64,000 nucleotides of DNA from the NCBI RefSeq assembly GCF_009914755.1, contig NC_060935.1; one strand, given 5' to 3'. Numbering within the stretch: the stretch's first letter is position 1; each line of letters starts with the position of its first letter. Below are positions 12,961-25,100 of this stretch, piece after piece. The notes under the pieces were generated by a model. That model had not been told where the DNA came from. It did no database searches and was given only the letters and a program-made list of their open reading frames with translations. The stretch is from the human T2T-CHM13v2.0 reference genome, Homo sapiens. The translations under genes were made by a program, and so were the position numbers.

Positions 12961-13474
12961 TAAATTCATATCATGAATATTCTCTGAATTCTTACTCAGA
13001 CTATTGGATTGGAACACTAATCATGATGTGAAGATGAATTTAATAAAAAAGATTTTATTTCAAAAATTAAATGCATTTTATGACAGAACAAAAGAGTGAT
13101 TATTAAAATTACACAGCACAGCACTTTAAGAATAAATTTTCAACATTGTAGGGAACACTGAAGAACATCCAGAGAGAAAAAGCAAATGGGTACCAAAAGT
13201 TAACCCCAAATTAATTATTTTTGAAAATAACTAAAACTCATAAAAAAGAATTGGATAGCATATGTCTTTAACCATTATGTCAAAGACAGGGGTGTGGTAT
13301 CTGTATGGGCCACATTTAAAAGTGGAAGAAATGAAGATGATTAAACTTTAAATTTTTTTTGAGAAAGATTTGTTCTAAGCAACAGAACTTTATATAAAGA
13401 ATAAGATAAAGTTCTTTGTTTCTAGAAAATGTTAGGGAGTGTCTCCTTTCTGCATTAAATTGGCACTGCGCATG

Positions 13475-13685
13475 GATTAAAGGCATTAAATTTGGATGCA
13501 AACAGATGTCCCTTTGGATGCAACTTTGTCCTTTACTAACTCTATGACCTTAGATAATTTACTAACCCTCTCTAAGCCTCATTATCTTCATCAGCAAACT
13601 AGCAATTATAGTAACACCCACCTTATCAGATTTTTCTGAGGATTACATTAGATAACGTGTATAAAATGTTGAACATAGTAAATGA
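13475..13685 (+). mobile_element. MIR SINE
   Basis: TTTACTAACTCTATGACCTTAGATAATTTACTAACCCTCTCTAAGCCTCATTATCTTCATC is the MIR core. Confidence 0.75.
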
Positions 13686-14096
13686 TTAAGAGTAAATACA
13701 AAATAAACGTAATCTAGTTTTATTAAATCTAAATTTGGTAAAAAATGTATAATGATAATGTAATACTTGTTGAATACTTTATTGCAGCTATCAATTTAAA
13801 ACATAAACACATTTCATGATTTTTCTCTAACTTATATTACTTAATGTCTAGAATTTATTCTGTGAGTGGTAAAACCAACCAAAGCTAAAACCAAAACCAA
13901 AAAACAACTCCAGTAATACAGGATCATTCTCTATGTTCTTAGAGGTACATTTACATTCTGGGGAGATTTATATATGTCATGGTATCTGCCTAGAGGATGG
14001 ATGCTTGGTCACCCACTCTACCCAACCCCACCTTTTAAATGTATGGGCTCACAATAAAAGCAGCATTTTTTTTTTTTTTTTTTTTTTTTTGCCTAG

Positions 14097-14225
14097 ATAC
14101 CTTCGCAATACTGCACATGGGTAATTTTACTTCTTTTGTTCCATACCAGGAAGTGGGGAAACTGCCCAGATGGATCATACAACCATGTCTATGATCTTCC
14201 TGTTTCTCTGGGATTCTGATATGAG
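14097..14225 (+). other. Candidate spliced exon (acceptors before 14097 or 14150; donor after 14225)
   Basis: T25-GCCTAG acceptor, a second pyrimidine tract TTTTACTTCTTTTGTTCCATACCAG, and donor GAG|GTACGT, all in non-repeat sequence. Motif evidence only. Confidence 0.35.
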
Positions 14226-16067
14226 GTACGTTTCTCCGCTTTTCTGTTTTCTAGAAAATTAGAATTTTCTATAAAATTTCTATGGAAACCATATTTTCCA
14301 TTAAATTAGGAGCCTCAGTCATCCTTTGCCCCACTGAAGCTTTGCAGGAGGGAGCCCCAGTCGTAGGTGCGCCTCAGACTCCTTCCTCAGCCATAGTCAC
14401 TTCAATGATCTCTTTACTCCCTTCTAGCTCTCCCCCGCCCCTCAGCAAGAAAATATTTTCTGGTATTTCACAGTGGTCCTTGCTTTTTTCCATCTATTTT
14501 TCTATATTATTTTACTTGAAAGCCAGAAATTTTGACATATTTTTATTTTCTTTGTTCTGTTTCCTTGTATCAGTAGGCATGCAATTCTATGGTGAACTGA
14601 AGAGCAAGGGATAAAATAACCAAGAGTGATGCATAAATAATAAAAAAAATAGGCATTTTCATGGTATAATAAATTTGCCTTTTTTACCTATAGAGTTCAG
14701 AGAAATTTTTAGGCAAATATTATTAGCCATTGCTAATATTTTGAACTCAGTTTTTAAGTATCATGATGGAGTTTACCCATGTTAGGGGAGTTAATCTATT
14801 AATTATCAGTGGGACTCTAATTGAGTCCTTTATTTAATTTTTCATCACATCCTTGTTATGTTAGGAGATGGTTCAGAGTGGAACCTTAAAAAACAGTTGG
14901 AATTCTTCAAAATTAGTCCTCTACAAAAGGTTAAAATTATTTGACTTTTGGATGATAAAGCAAACAGTTTTTGGAACAATCAGCTATTGATTTGCTTTTC
15001 TAGAGTATTTTGAATGAGAGATACTGGGAAGAAACAAAAGTATTCACTAAAATGTGCCTGCCATGAGGTATCTAGGTTAAACATAAGAGGCATTTTGGTT
15101 TATAGATGGGAGATATTGGAAAGTCTCATGGACATTTTACTTTTCAGGGACTCTCCATGACAAATAAACATTACAAAATATCATTGATCAGCAACTCTTA
15201 GTCCTGCATAATTTGTTCTTTATCCTCTAGCATTTCAACATAGTACTCATACAATTACTCCCAGATTATAAAAGCATAAAAGCTCAGGATTCTTTTTATA
15301 TAGTTCAGGAATCACAGTCTTTAATATTTGTTTGTTCTTGTCTGTGGGTCAGGTCTTAGAATGAATGCATGCTTCCTAAATTGTTGTTGCACTTGGTAAT
15401 GTATAGATATTGTCTGTCAAAATAGAAATATTTTTCTGTCTGACTCATAAGAACTTTTTTAGAGTTTCGCATGAAACTTTTTCATGGGAAAAAGAATTGG
15501 GAAATTATTTTAAAGAGTGCATAGTTAATGACAAAATATAAATAGATTAGCTTGAAATTTAGAGCAGTCTCAGAAGTGCTATAGGACTATTTAAATCTGA
15601 TTTTTTTTCTGCCTCTCAAACAACATATCTATTGGCTCAAATGAGGTGAAAGAGAAAAAGAGTGAGTAGCAAAGAGGAATAATTTGACACTCCACTAAAT
15701 AGTGATTTAGCATTGAAGGTAGTGATAGAGACACTAGGAGATACAGCAGACAATACTTTAGGGTTATAGAAGAGAAACAGTGGAAACATCTCCTCCTCCT
15801 CTTGTTTGTTTCTGTTCTAGTTCTTAAAAATTATGGTAGTGGAGAAAGTTTCCTCAGAATATGAAGTTGTGATGTATTTTTACAGGTGTACAACTGATTT
15901 AATGTGGTTATCATTAAATCATCATTTGATTTCTTCTGATTGATTTCTTCTGATTGATATGACTGTCCTGTACGTTGAATAATTTAAAAACAGCTAATGT
16001 TTAGATAATGTTTAAAGAAACATTCTAAGACTCTTTTTGAATCTAATAAAAAGCATGGTAATGCAAA

Positions 16068-16293
16068 GGAGGCAACATGTTGTAGTCAAAAGGTCGTTTG
16101 ATTTTGAAGCAAACAGATTTGGATTTAAAGTTGAGTTTTGATAGTTATTGGTGACATGATTTAGGTTGAATATTATCTTACCTATCTTTGAGTCTTTAAT
16201 TCCTTGTGTATAAACTTAGGACTTGTGTCTTGTTGTGGATAATAAAATGATAACGTGTAAAACATCTGGGAGATTAGTCGGGGCTTAATGGGT
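16068..16293 (+). mobile_element. MIR SINE
   Basis: GGAGGCAACATG...TTTTGAAGCAAACAGATTTGGATTTAAA...TAAAATGATAACGTGTAAAACA. Confidence 0.6.
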
Positions 16294-16310
16294 AGAAATT
16301 GAGAAAAAGC

Positions 16311-16598
16311 GGCCAGGCGCGGTGGCTCACGCCTGTAATCCCAGCACTTTGGGAGGCCGAGGCGGGTGGATCATGAGGTCAGGAGATCGAGACCATCCTG
16401 GCTAACAAGGTGAAACCCCGTCTCTACTAAAAATACAAAAAATTAGCCGGGAGCGGTGGCGGGCGCCTGTAGTCCCAGCTACTCGGGAGGCTGAGGCAGG
16501 AGAATGGCGTGAACCCCGGGAGGCGGAGCTTGCAGTGAGCCGAGATTGCGCCACTGCAGTCCGCAGTCCGGCCTGGGCGACAGAGCGAGACTCCGTCT

Positions 16599-16630
<32 letters not shown>
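16311..16630 (+). mobile_element. AluYb8-lineage young Alu
   Basis: Diagnostic 7-bp duplication GCAGTCCGCAGTCC, plus GGGTGGATCATGAGG, CTAACAAGGTG and GAGATTGCGCC. CpGs are almost all intact, the tail is a pure A-run of about 30 nt, and there is a perfect 17-bp TSD AGAAATTGAGAAAAAGC (16294-16310, 16630-16646). Confidence 0.95.
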
Positions 16631-16632
<2 letters not shown>

Positions 16633-17002
16633 AATTGAGAAAAAGCAGAATGGGGTGAAACTAAGAAGTGTCTTTCCATTTCTGTTAAGTGAATAAATAT
16701 TTTTACGGTGGGGCTTAGTGCTACTTGATAAATAAAAGGTGAAATTTGATTGAAATATATAAATTTGGAGAAAAGCGTTTTTAAAAATTTTAAATTTTTT
16801 TTAGATGTCACGAGTTTAAACATAGTATAATTTTTTAAATGTTTTGGAAAAATTAAAAAACTCAAAATGCTTCTAACAATGCTTCTAATAATGTTTTCAA
16901 TGTTTTACAGTATGATTTAAGTGTCTCAAAATAGTCCTTTAGTTTATCTGATAAAGAAACTACATACCACAAGCTACAATGATAGGGAAATAATAGAAGA
17001 AA

Positions 17003-17038
17003 TCTATCTATCTGTATCTATCGATCTATATCTATCTG

Positions 17039-17088
<50 letters not shown>
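17003..17088. repeat. (TCTA)n / GATA tetranucleotide microsatellite
   Basis: Compound interrupted start, then about 12 perfect TCTA units. Confidence 0.95.
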
Positions 17089-17089
<1 letters not shown>

Positions 17090-17501
17090 CCTTAGTCATA
17101 TTTTTGTGAAGGTTCTTAGGAAGCCAGACAGTCGAGTTATGTTGAAATGAAAATAATTGATATTTTAAGCCGTGCTACAAAAAAGCCCATAAATAGCAAA
17201 GGATCCCACCTTCCCTTTTTCCCAACAGAAACCCAAATTTACTTTCTTCTTTTACCATTTCTCTCTTACATTTGATGCTGTAACAGCATATACATTTTTG
17301 TAATTTCAGCAAAAACCACACTTTCTTTGTTCAGCCATTTCTCCATGCTTTCCTGAGGTTTGTGCTTCTCTTTCCCCATCCCTCTCCCTTTCCTCATTCC
17401 TACACCTCATCAGTTCTCTCTTAGATGCAATAACTCTTACTCATTCTGAAAGACCATGCCACAATCTGTACCTCCAGAGAAATCTGCCTTATCCTCTAAT
17501 A

Positions 17502-17633
17502 TTAAGATGACCACATAATTTATCATGCAAACTTGAACTCTTTTGAGAATAAAAAGGAACACAATGCATAATTACACTGGGAAAACAGGTGTAAACTAGG
17601 AAAATCCTGGCAAATACAAATACATGTCATCTT
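17502..17633. mobile_element. MER94-like hAT-Blackjack MITE
   Basis: TAAGATGACCACATAATTTATCATGCAAAC...TACATGTCATCTTG, about 132 bp with decayed inverted termini. Confidence 0.65.
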
Positions 17634-18379
17634 GCCTAAAATAGATCAGGTATTTTTAGAGAGAAAAAAGTATTCCTTCCCACTCTAACATCCAAGAGAA
17701 CTGTAGTAAGTTATTTTGGCCTCTTTCATCTCTCCACTTATTCCACTCCAGGAAGGTGACATATTTTTGCCTGATAATTTTTCTAAGAATGAGCTGGGCA
17801 TGTGAGGTCCACTTTTCTCTTTCTTCTCTGAGGTCCAGCATGCCAGCTGAGAGTTTGCAATCATCACTGCTCTGGGCCATTTCACAAGTAGAGTATTAAG
17901 ACCCCCTTCCCTTGGGATGGCTCACAGTTCTTAGGACTGGTTACTTCTGTTTCATCATAGGAGTTGGTGAATCCATTTTGCCCTCCTGTTGAACTATGTA
18001 CCACAACCCCACAAGTTATCAGTATTAGAAGGTTTCACTTCTAGTTATTTGATTCATTGTCATAATTCAAGAGACAAGTAGAAAAGAGCAGTGCTATCTA
18101 CCCTTCAAGGCTCCAACATTTACTAGCTCTTTGTGTTTTCAAATTACTCTAATAACTCTATTGTTACATTTATTTGATTATTTTTGATGATTTGATAATT
18201 ATCTGATTATGTATCTGTCTACAGGTTACCAAAAATTCTTATGTACAGGATAAATAAGTGTTGGTTTCTTCATATGTGCCTAGGCTCAATATGTCATGGG
18301 TTTATGTCATAAAGAACCAAGAATATATATAAGCTTCATATATGGAAAATATCTGGCATAAGGTAGTCTAAATGTAAGG

Positions 18380-18588
18380 CATTTTTACTATAATCTATCA
18401 TCTAATTTAAATAATAATACTGCAAAACAGCTCTTACTATTCTTAGTCTATGAATAAAGAAAGTAGATTTAGAGAGTAACTGAACTACCCTAAAGTTATA
18501 CAGCTGACAAGTAGTGGGCATGAATTCAGTTCAGGACTGTCTGCCTTCAAAGCTTGCGGATTTTTTTTTTTTTTCTATGCCACCCTGC
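18380..18588 (-). mobile_element. MIR SINE
   Basis: AAAGAAAGTAGATTTAGAGAGTAACTGAACTACCCTAAAGTTATACAGCTGACAAGTAGTGG is antisense MIR core. Confidence 0.65.
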
Positions 18589-19104
18589 TATGACGATGTC
18601 TTTTCTCAGGTACAGGCATAATAATTCCCATTATACTTTTGCATACAAATCAATATGAGATTCCCCATTAATGCTGAAGTGAAACTTTTTTCACTATGTT
18701 GATGGAAAAAGATGAGTTACATAAGGGGCCCAGGTGCCTTATTATTTCCAGAAGAGCATTCTGAAATGAGGAATACGAGAGCCAAAGATTGCACTGGAGA
18801 ATTTCTGATATTTAAACACATAGAAAGTGTCATTTCCAGGTTTTCTGGTTTGAAAAAGTGCAATATGAAGAGACGATGCTGGATTATCTCAAGGGAACAG
18901 CAGTGAACCATCTTGATTAACCTTGAGGAGTCCATAGTATCACGTTTTTATCTGATATGAAAGAGCAAAAAAAAGTTGATGCCTGGATATAGCCACATAT
19001 GGTTGTTTTTCTATATCATCGTTGTGCAATCTCCCATTTCATAAATTTCTAAATTTAACTTTGTATAATTCAATTTAATTTAACCTATTTTGGCTTTCTC
19101 TTTG

Positions 19105-19535
19105 TATTCATATTACTGTGCTAGACAACAGGGTATAAGGAGATAACTTCTAATAACACTTACAAAGATATTTAAACTCAACAAATAATACTAATGTTGA
19201 GTCAAACTAATGCTTAAAAGAGACCTAAGACATTGCTGTAAAGATTTAGAGGAAGAAATATCACATTTTGAATGGGGAATGGGGAGAGACATCACAGAGG
19301 ATGTAATATTTTGAGTTTAGTTAAAGGATGGGTAAAGACTGTTACTGAATGTAGGAAAGGAATCGTATCATAAAAACGTATGTCACGTTTAGGATTTAAG
19401 AGTGAACCTGTGCGGCTGGATCAGTATTTTCTGCAGGCAGTGAGTAGGTGACAAGTCTATAAAAGTGATTTGGAGTCAATAATAGAGCCTTGATGTCATG
19501 CTAAATAGCATGGCAATTTCATGGAAAGCATTCAA
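19105..19535 (-). mobile_element. L2 fragment
   Basis: TACTGTGCTAGACAACAGGGTATA...CATCACAGAGGATGTAATATTTTGAG...GAGCCTTGATGTCATGCTAA is antisense L2-like sequence. Confidence 0.55.
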
Positions 19536-20084
19536 TAGGACAATCTTTTCCCAGACTAAGGGCTAATGAACTGATCTGCTGAGATTTTAGTATCTGCTGA
19601 ATGAGTTGAACTATCTTATATTAACAAATGTTAAACAATCTCTTTACTATAGAACTTCTCACAACCTTTAATGTTGTTATGTCTGTTGGGAATCTATAAG
19701 AGAAGCCTATAATATGCTTTGTTTCCCTATCTTATAATCATATGTGTTGTTTCTCAGTCTTATTAACTATGGGGCATGATACAAGAATAGTATTCCATGG
19801 AGCATGTTGGAAAACACTTATTTAAAAAGTAAAGTCAAAGAGTTCATATTTTAGTAAGGCAGTTGAAGACCCCCTTCTTGTTGTTGCCATCTTTTTGAGG
19901 CCTTTCTTTAATCTACATGTACGTATATGCCTGTGCTCACACACTTACATACTAAGTGAGTGACAGGGTATATCTTCAGTAAGATTCCTTTGGGTAGGAC
20001 CCTTGCAGCCTCTAATCCCATTATGGTGATTTACTCCATTTTATTTCATGACTAGCCCTTGTAATCTAGCTTTTAGGGCTCGAC

Positions 20085-20387
20085 TTTTTTTTTTTTTTTT
20101 TTTTTTGAGACAGAGTCTCACTCTGTTGCTGAGGCTGGAGTGCAGTGGTGCAATCTTGGCTCACTACAGCCTCAGCCTCCCGGGTTCAAGTGATTCTCCT
20201 GCCTCAGTTTCCTGAGTAGCTGGGATTACTGGTGTGTGCCACCATGCCTGGCTAATTTTTGTATTTTTAGTAGAGACAGGGTTTCGCCATGTTGGCCACA
20301 CTGGTCTCAAACTGCTGGCCTCAAGTGACCCGTCTGCCTCAGCCTCCCAAAGTGCTGGGATTACAGGCATGAGCCACCACACCCTGC
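20085..20387 (-). mobile_element. AluS (Sx/Sz-like)
   Basis: T-tail followed by a complete antisense Alu. TSD AGGGCTCGACT / AGGGCTCTACT. Confidence 0.95.
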
Positions 20388-21053
20388 AGGGCTCTACTCT
20401 CTATAATGACTTCAGGCCACAGGTTTCTGACTCAGATTAAATACAAGGTTAGCTATTTTTTTTTTAATTTTTATTTTATTTATTGATTTTTGGCTCCCAG
20501 TGATTTCACTCCCAGACTGAGGCCTGTGATAGCTCAGGTGATTTCCTGTTTCTAAACCAGACATGTCCCTGTACTTGGGCTCTGTGCTCCACGTCTGCCA
20601 GCTTGTCTGATAAAGCTTTCCTTGGTGCGCATGCCTCCAGGCACCCCACCTGAATTAGGGCCCTGCTGAAGCACAAACTGTCAGAATCCAGGGGAAATGA
20701 CGCTGTGCAAAAATCTGTTGAAAAGGATTCATAGGGGTCATTATGACATTGGGCAATATCACAGAATATGACCCGCTTGTAGCACCTCTCCCAGGCAAAG
20801 ACGATGGTATAGAGAATCTATGCTTCACCTGTTCAGTATAAAAATTATAGTTGATTCTTAAGGAAAGTTATAGTAATATTTTGTGAAAATGACTTTAGTC
20901 ATACTCCTTCTATGAAATAATGGAAAAACAACTCAAAAGCAAACAATAGCAACAATCATAATAATATTAAAGAAAGAAAAAGCTGTTTATCTGCTTATAT
21001 TCCTAGGAGGGTGAAGTATCACTTGTTTGGGTGATTTAACTGTGTTGTCAAGA

Positions 21054-21150
21054 CTCTCTCTCTCTCCTTTCCTTCCTTCCTTCCTTCCTTCCTTCCTTCC
21101 TTCCTTCCTTCCTTCCTTTGTCTTTCTATCTTTCTATCTTTCTGTCTTTT
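21054..21150. repeat. (CT)n-(TTCC)n polypyrimidine microsatellite
   Basis: About 12 TTCC units flanked by CT and TCTT repeats. Confidence 0.95.
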
Positions 21151-21730
21151 CCTCTATCTGGTTTGTTTTCTCTCTCAAAAAGGCTCTGCCTATGTGGTAG
21201 GCAAACGACTGGCAGTAGTCTCAGATGCATATTCTGTAAGTAAAGCAATCACTACATAGTGTTTTCTCAAATCCCAGAATTTGTGGTGACACTAGGATGA
21301 CATCTGTACCCCCCAAACTACATGCAATAGGTTTCCCACCAAAAAAGATTATGTTAACAGAAAGAATAGGACAGTGACACTAGAAAATGCTGACAAATAA
21401 ATATCCTCCCCAGGCCCCATCTGCATTCATTTTCTTACAGATTATTTTAAGTGTGTTTCCTCTTAATATAGACATCTGTTCTAATAATCTTCATCATAAC
21501 TGCAACTCATGTGCTGCATTCAGCTCCAGATCCCAGGATCAATGGGTGGTAAGCATTCTAATCAGTCTTCTCTAAATGTGGCTTCACACAGTCCATAGTC
21601 TATGCCTAAATGATTAAGTTAAACAAATTCTCAGATCTTCCATAAGGTATGGAATAAAAAAAAAAATGGGCTAACCACAGTAATAACACTTATTTAGAAA
21701 TGTAAAACAATAAGAGAAAGTGATAACTTC

Positions 21731-22190
21731 TGTTCCACTGATCTATTGCTGCTTACAAAACCAACCAAAACATAGTGGCTTAAAACAACCACTTTATTAT
21801 ATTTTACGGTTCTGTGGGCCTGACTAGTTTTTTCCCTTGTGGTTGCAGTGTGATGGCAGCTGCGGCTGGCCAGCATCATCTGGAACTACACTGGTATGCT
21901 GGGCTCCCTCTATTTCCATGGAGCAGGTCTTCTCTTTATTTGTATGGTCTCTCTACACAGACTCTCTTGATGTGGTCCCTCCGGTCAGGTAGATAGACAT
22001 TTTACATGGCGGTTCAGGGGTCTCTAGAAGGTTCTTCTAGGCCTTCTTAAAGTTTAGGCTCTGAGCTATCATAGCTTCACTTCCACTGCATTATCATAGT
22101 TAAAGCTAGTCATAAGGAAAAGCCCAATTTAACTATGGAAGGGACCACACAAGAGGATGGATGTTAGTGGTTCACTAAGGGACAGTTGTG
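21731..22190 (-). mobile_element. Old MLT1 (H/I/J-like) MaLR LTR
   Basis: ATCTATTGCTGCTTACAAAACCAACCAAAACATAGTGGCTTAAAACAACCACTTTATT is the antisense MLT1 3' end. Confidence 0.65.
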
Positions 22191-25100
22191 AAGCTTGGAT
22201 AAAACAAAATAGCACCATTCTATAGCATATTTCAAAATTTTTTGGACCAGAATAACAGGGACTAATTTTTCTCCAGTGGAGTTAGCCCCTGGTCTTCCAC
22301 TGCTTGCTCTAAGTCCTGCCTCCCAGGAGAATATCTGTTTTCATTCATCCTCCGTTACCTCACTTTAGTGGGGCTAGATATGTATTTCTTATTTTAGGAA
22401 TTCTATCACATTAAAAGCCCACTTCATATTAGTAAAAATTATGGGGATCTAGGGATTGACATGTTTTGTGAACAACTAAAGATTCAACATTTTGCTGGGA
22501 TTTACCATAATTACTAGTTGGTTAATTCAATTTCTGGTCATAGTTTGGTCTAGAACCAAGCCAGATATCTTATAGAGGAGGGGTCACTAAAACTGCATCT
22601 GCTCTTACAGCTTCTATCTTTTAATGGCAGGCCTCAGAGCTCTACTCATTCCTCAGTCTAAAATGATGAAACAAAACATATCAGCCCCCACTAACAGGCT
22701 ACATCCTAGATGATGGAGGAACTTACTTTTTTTGGGCAGTAAAGTATTTGAGAAATGCCTAGCAAGTCAGACTCATTTCTTTCGGGCCTTCTTGATCCAG
22801 TTTTCATTCTTGTTTCTTGCCTCCTGGATTTTGCAAGCATTAGCTTTATCATCAGACAAATAATTTTGACTTTGCAGTTCTGCAAAATTTGTGATGACCA
22901 GGTGATCAGTATTCTTGGATTTCTGGCTATAGGCAAAAAATGTTTTATTGAAGTTCTATTTTTTTCTATGTTAAGTCAGGCAAGCAGTTTGTCTCTTTCT
23001 TACAGAACTTATACAATAAGTGGCCAAGCATGTTGAACATCACATATATTTCTAGCAAGTTGTTTTTAAGTTATTGCTTTTCCAGGTACATGTTTTGATG
23101 TGGCATGTTAACCAGATGCTCTCAATCTCACAATGAAGATTATCAATTACTTGGCATGTGTAAGTATAAGGGATTCATACGAATCTGTACCAACTTGTGA
23201 AACACTCAATATGTTATGCTCTTATTCATTTGTCATCCACTGAGCGGGATGACATATTAATTATTCAAGACAGATGGACAGTCAGGAAGGATGGAGTCTC
23301 TTACCTCTATCAGTAAACTTCCTTTCAAATGTGGAAAACTAAATCCCTCCTGCTGTATTTCAAAGTCCATTCCAGTCCTGTCATGACCTCAGGGAAGGTA
23401 GCAGCCTCATTTTAGTCAATTGTTATTCCTCCCTGCCCTATACACATTTGAAAGCCCATTTTGGTCATTTTTTAGCTCCTTCTTTTCCAGAGAAAATGAT
23501 CAATCCTGTCTGTGAAAAGAATGGACAAGTAAGATATCCTCTGGAGGCCCAGAGACTAATTTATTTTAGATATCAAATTCTTCTATTTCTTCTTAACAAG
23601 CATACTCCAGAGCAATAAATCTTGACAAGGAGCAACAATAGCAATAGTAGCTGCATCATGCTAAGAGACTTATTTCAGAACAATTTTTTATGTTTGGGCA
23701 CATGACATGAGCACTATCAAAACAACAGTTGGCACATCCCAACCATCAACACATCACTGCAGAACATTATCTTCAAAGCCAGGCCACCAATAAAAAAAAA
23801 AAATGAACTTCAGAAGGAAAATGTGTTTTGGCTTTAGTGCTTTTATTTTTTATTTATTTTTATTTTTATTTTTTGGCAGAGGGTGCAGCGTATTGAACAT
23901 GGTACCTGCCTTCTCTAATAGCAAGGAGAAAGTAAGTCCTTTAATTCTTTATTAACTTTCTCTTTTAAAATTTATCTTCTGAGTTTGAGTTAAAATTTTG
24001 TGACGTCTCTTGTAAACGTCTACTGTAAAAACTTTTCTCTGGCCAACAATCTTCATTAAATACGAATGAGAGTTTGTGTTTGGGGAGAGTGGTGGCAAAG
24101 AAATTGGTTCATTTTTTTTTCATTCACCTCCTTTATTCAAAGCTATCCTGATCTTTGAGATCAGGAACAATGTCTTCTTTGATTTTCAACCTCTTATGCT
24201 TAGCACAGTACTAGCACAGAAAGCATAAACTCCTTTAGCCAATTTTTGCTTTTTTAATATAATAAGGGCATATAAAATAAACAAAAATTTAAAGAAAAAA
24301 TAAGCATTTCATTTTAACTTGTGAACGTATTTTTCTAGACATTAAACATAGAAATGTAATGAGAGCTATTTGATATTACATAATTACTAATAGACTAACA
24401 TTGAAATTCATGAGGTAGAGGCCAGTTGTGCCTATGGTTCCTAGTACTGTAAAGTGGCAAGACACAAAAATCTACAAGAGGGGAATCTACAGAAATGGAT
24501 TTTCATTATTTCTAGATAGTTTCTTTCAGACTAGAAGTTTTATAAATCAACTTGTTATTGTCTCTGTTGAAAAAGAAATCCAAAAGATTGTGATTTATTA
24601 AAATAAAAGTGTTCTTCAATCTTGCTTCAATATCTGTTGTGTAGGGAAAAGGCATCATTGGTTATCTTAGTAAATTTCTGTAGACATTATCAAGGTGATA
24701 TGTGCAGATATGAAAATCTGAGGCTGGGAAATGTTTATTAATTTTGCTTATTAACATTGTATAGAAATAACCATACCCTTGTATTGTAAGAATTCACCAT
24801 CTGACTTCTTTCTTTCCTACAGAGTTCTTTACTGTGTAATGCTAAATATCTTGTTGCGGTTACACAGGAGAGCTCTTTTGGTTATGTTTAGGGACCCTGT
24901 AGGGTGAGGCAAATGGGCCCATGCTAAGTATATGTTCAATAGGATGTCACATAATCTTATAAAAATCTTGTAAATCAACAAACAAAACTTGTAAAATGGC
25001 AAATGTTCAAACTCCATGTGATTAAATTGGGTGAATCAAAATAACAGATGCTATTTTCATCTTCTGCAGTGCTGAGAGTTTGTTAGTGTTACGGACACAA

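Noticed and set aside
14282-14614. 110-aa ORF with a hydrophobic C-terminus
   Set aside because: No recognisable homology, no promoter context, and the hydrophobicity reflects T-rich DNA.
15927-15958. 14-bp tandem duplication TGATTTCTTCTGAT (similar short ones at 16866-16890 and 28244-28280)
   Set aside because: Ordinary replication-slippage duplications with no further structure.
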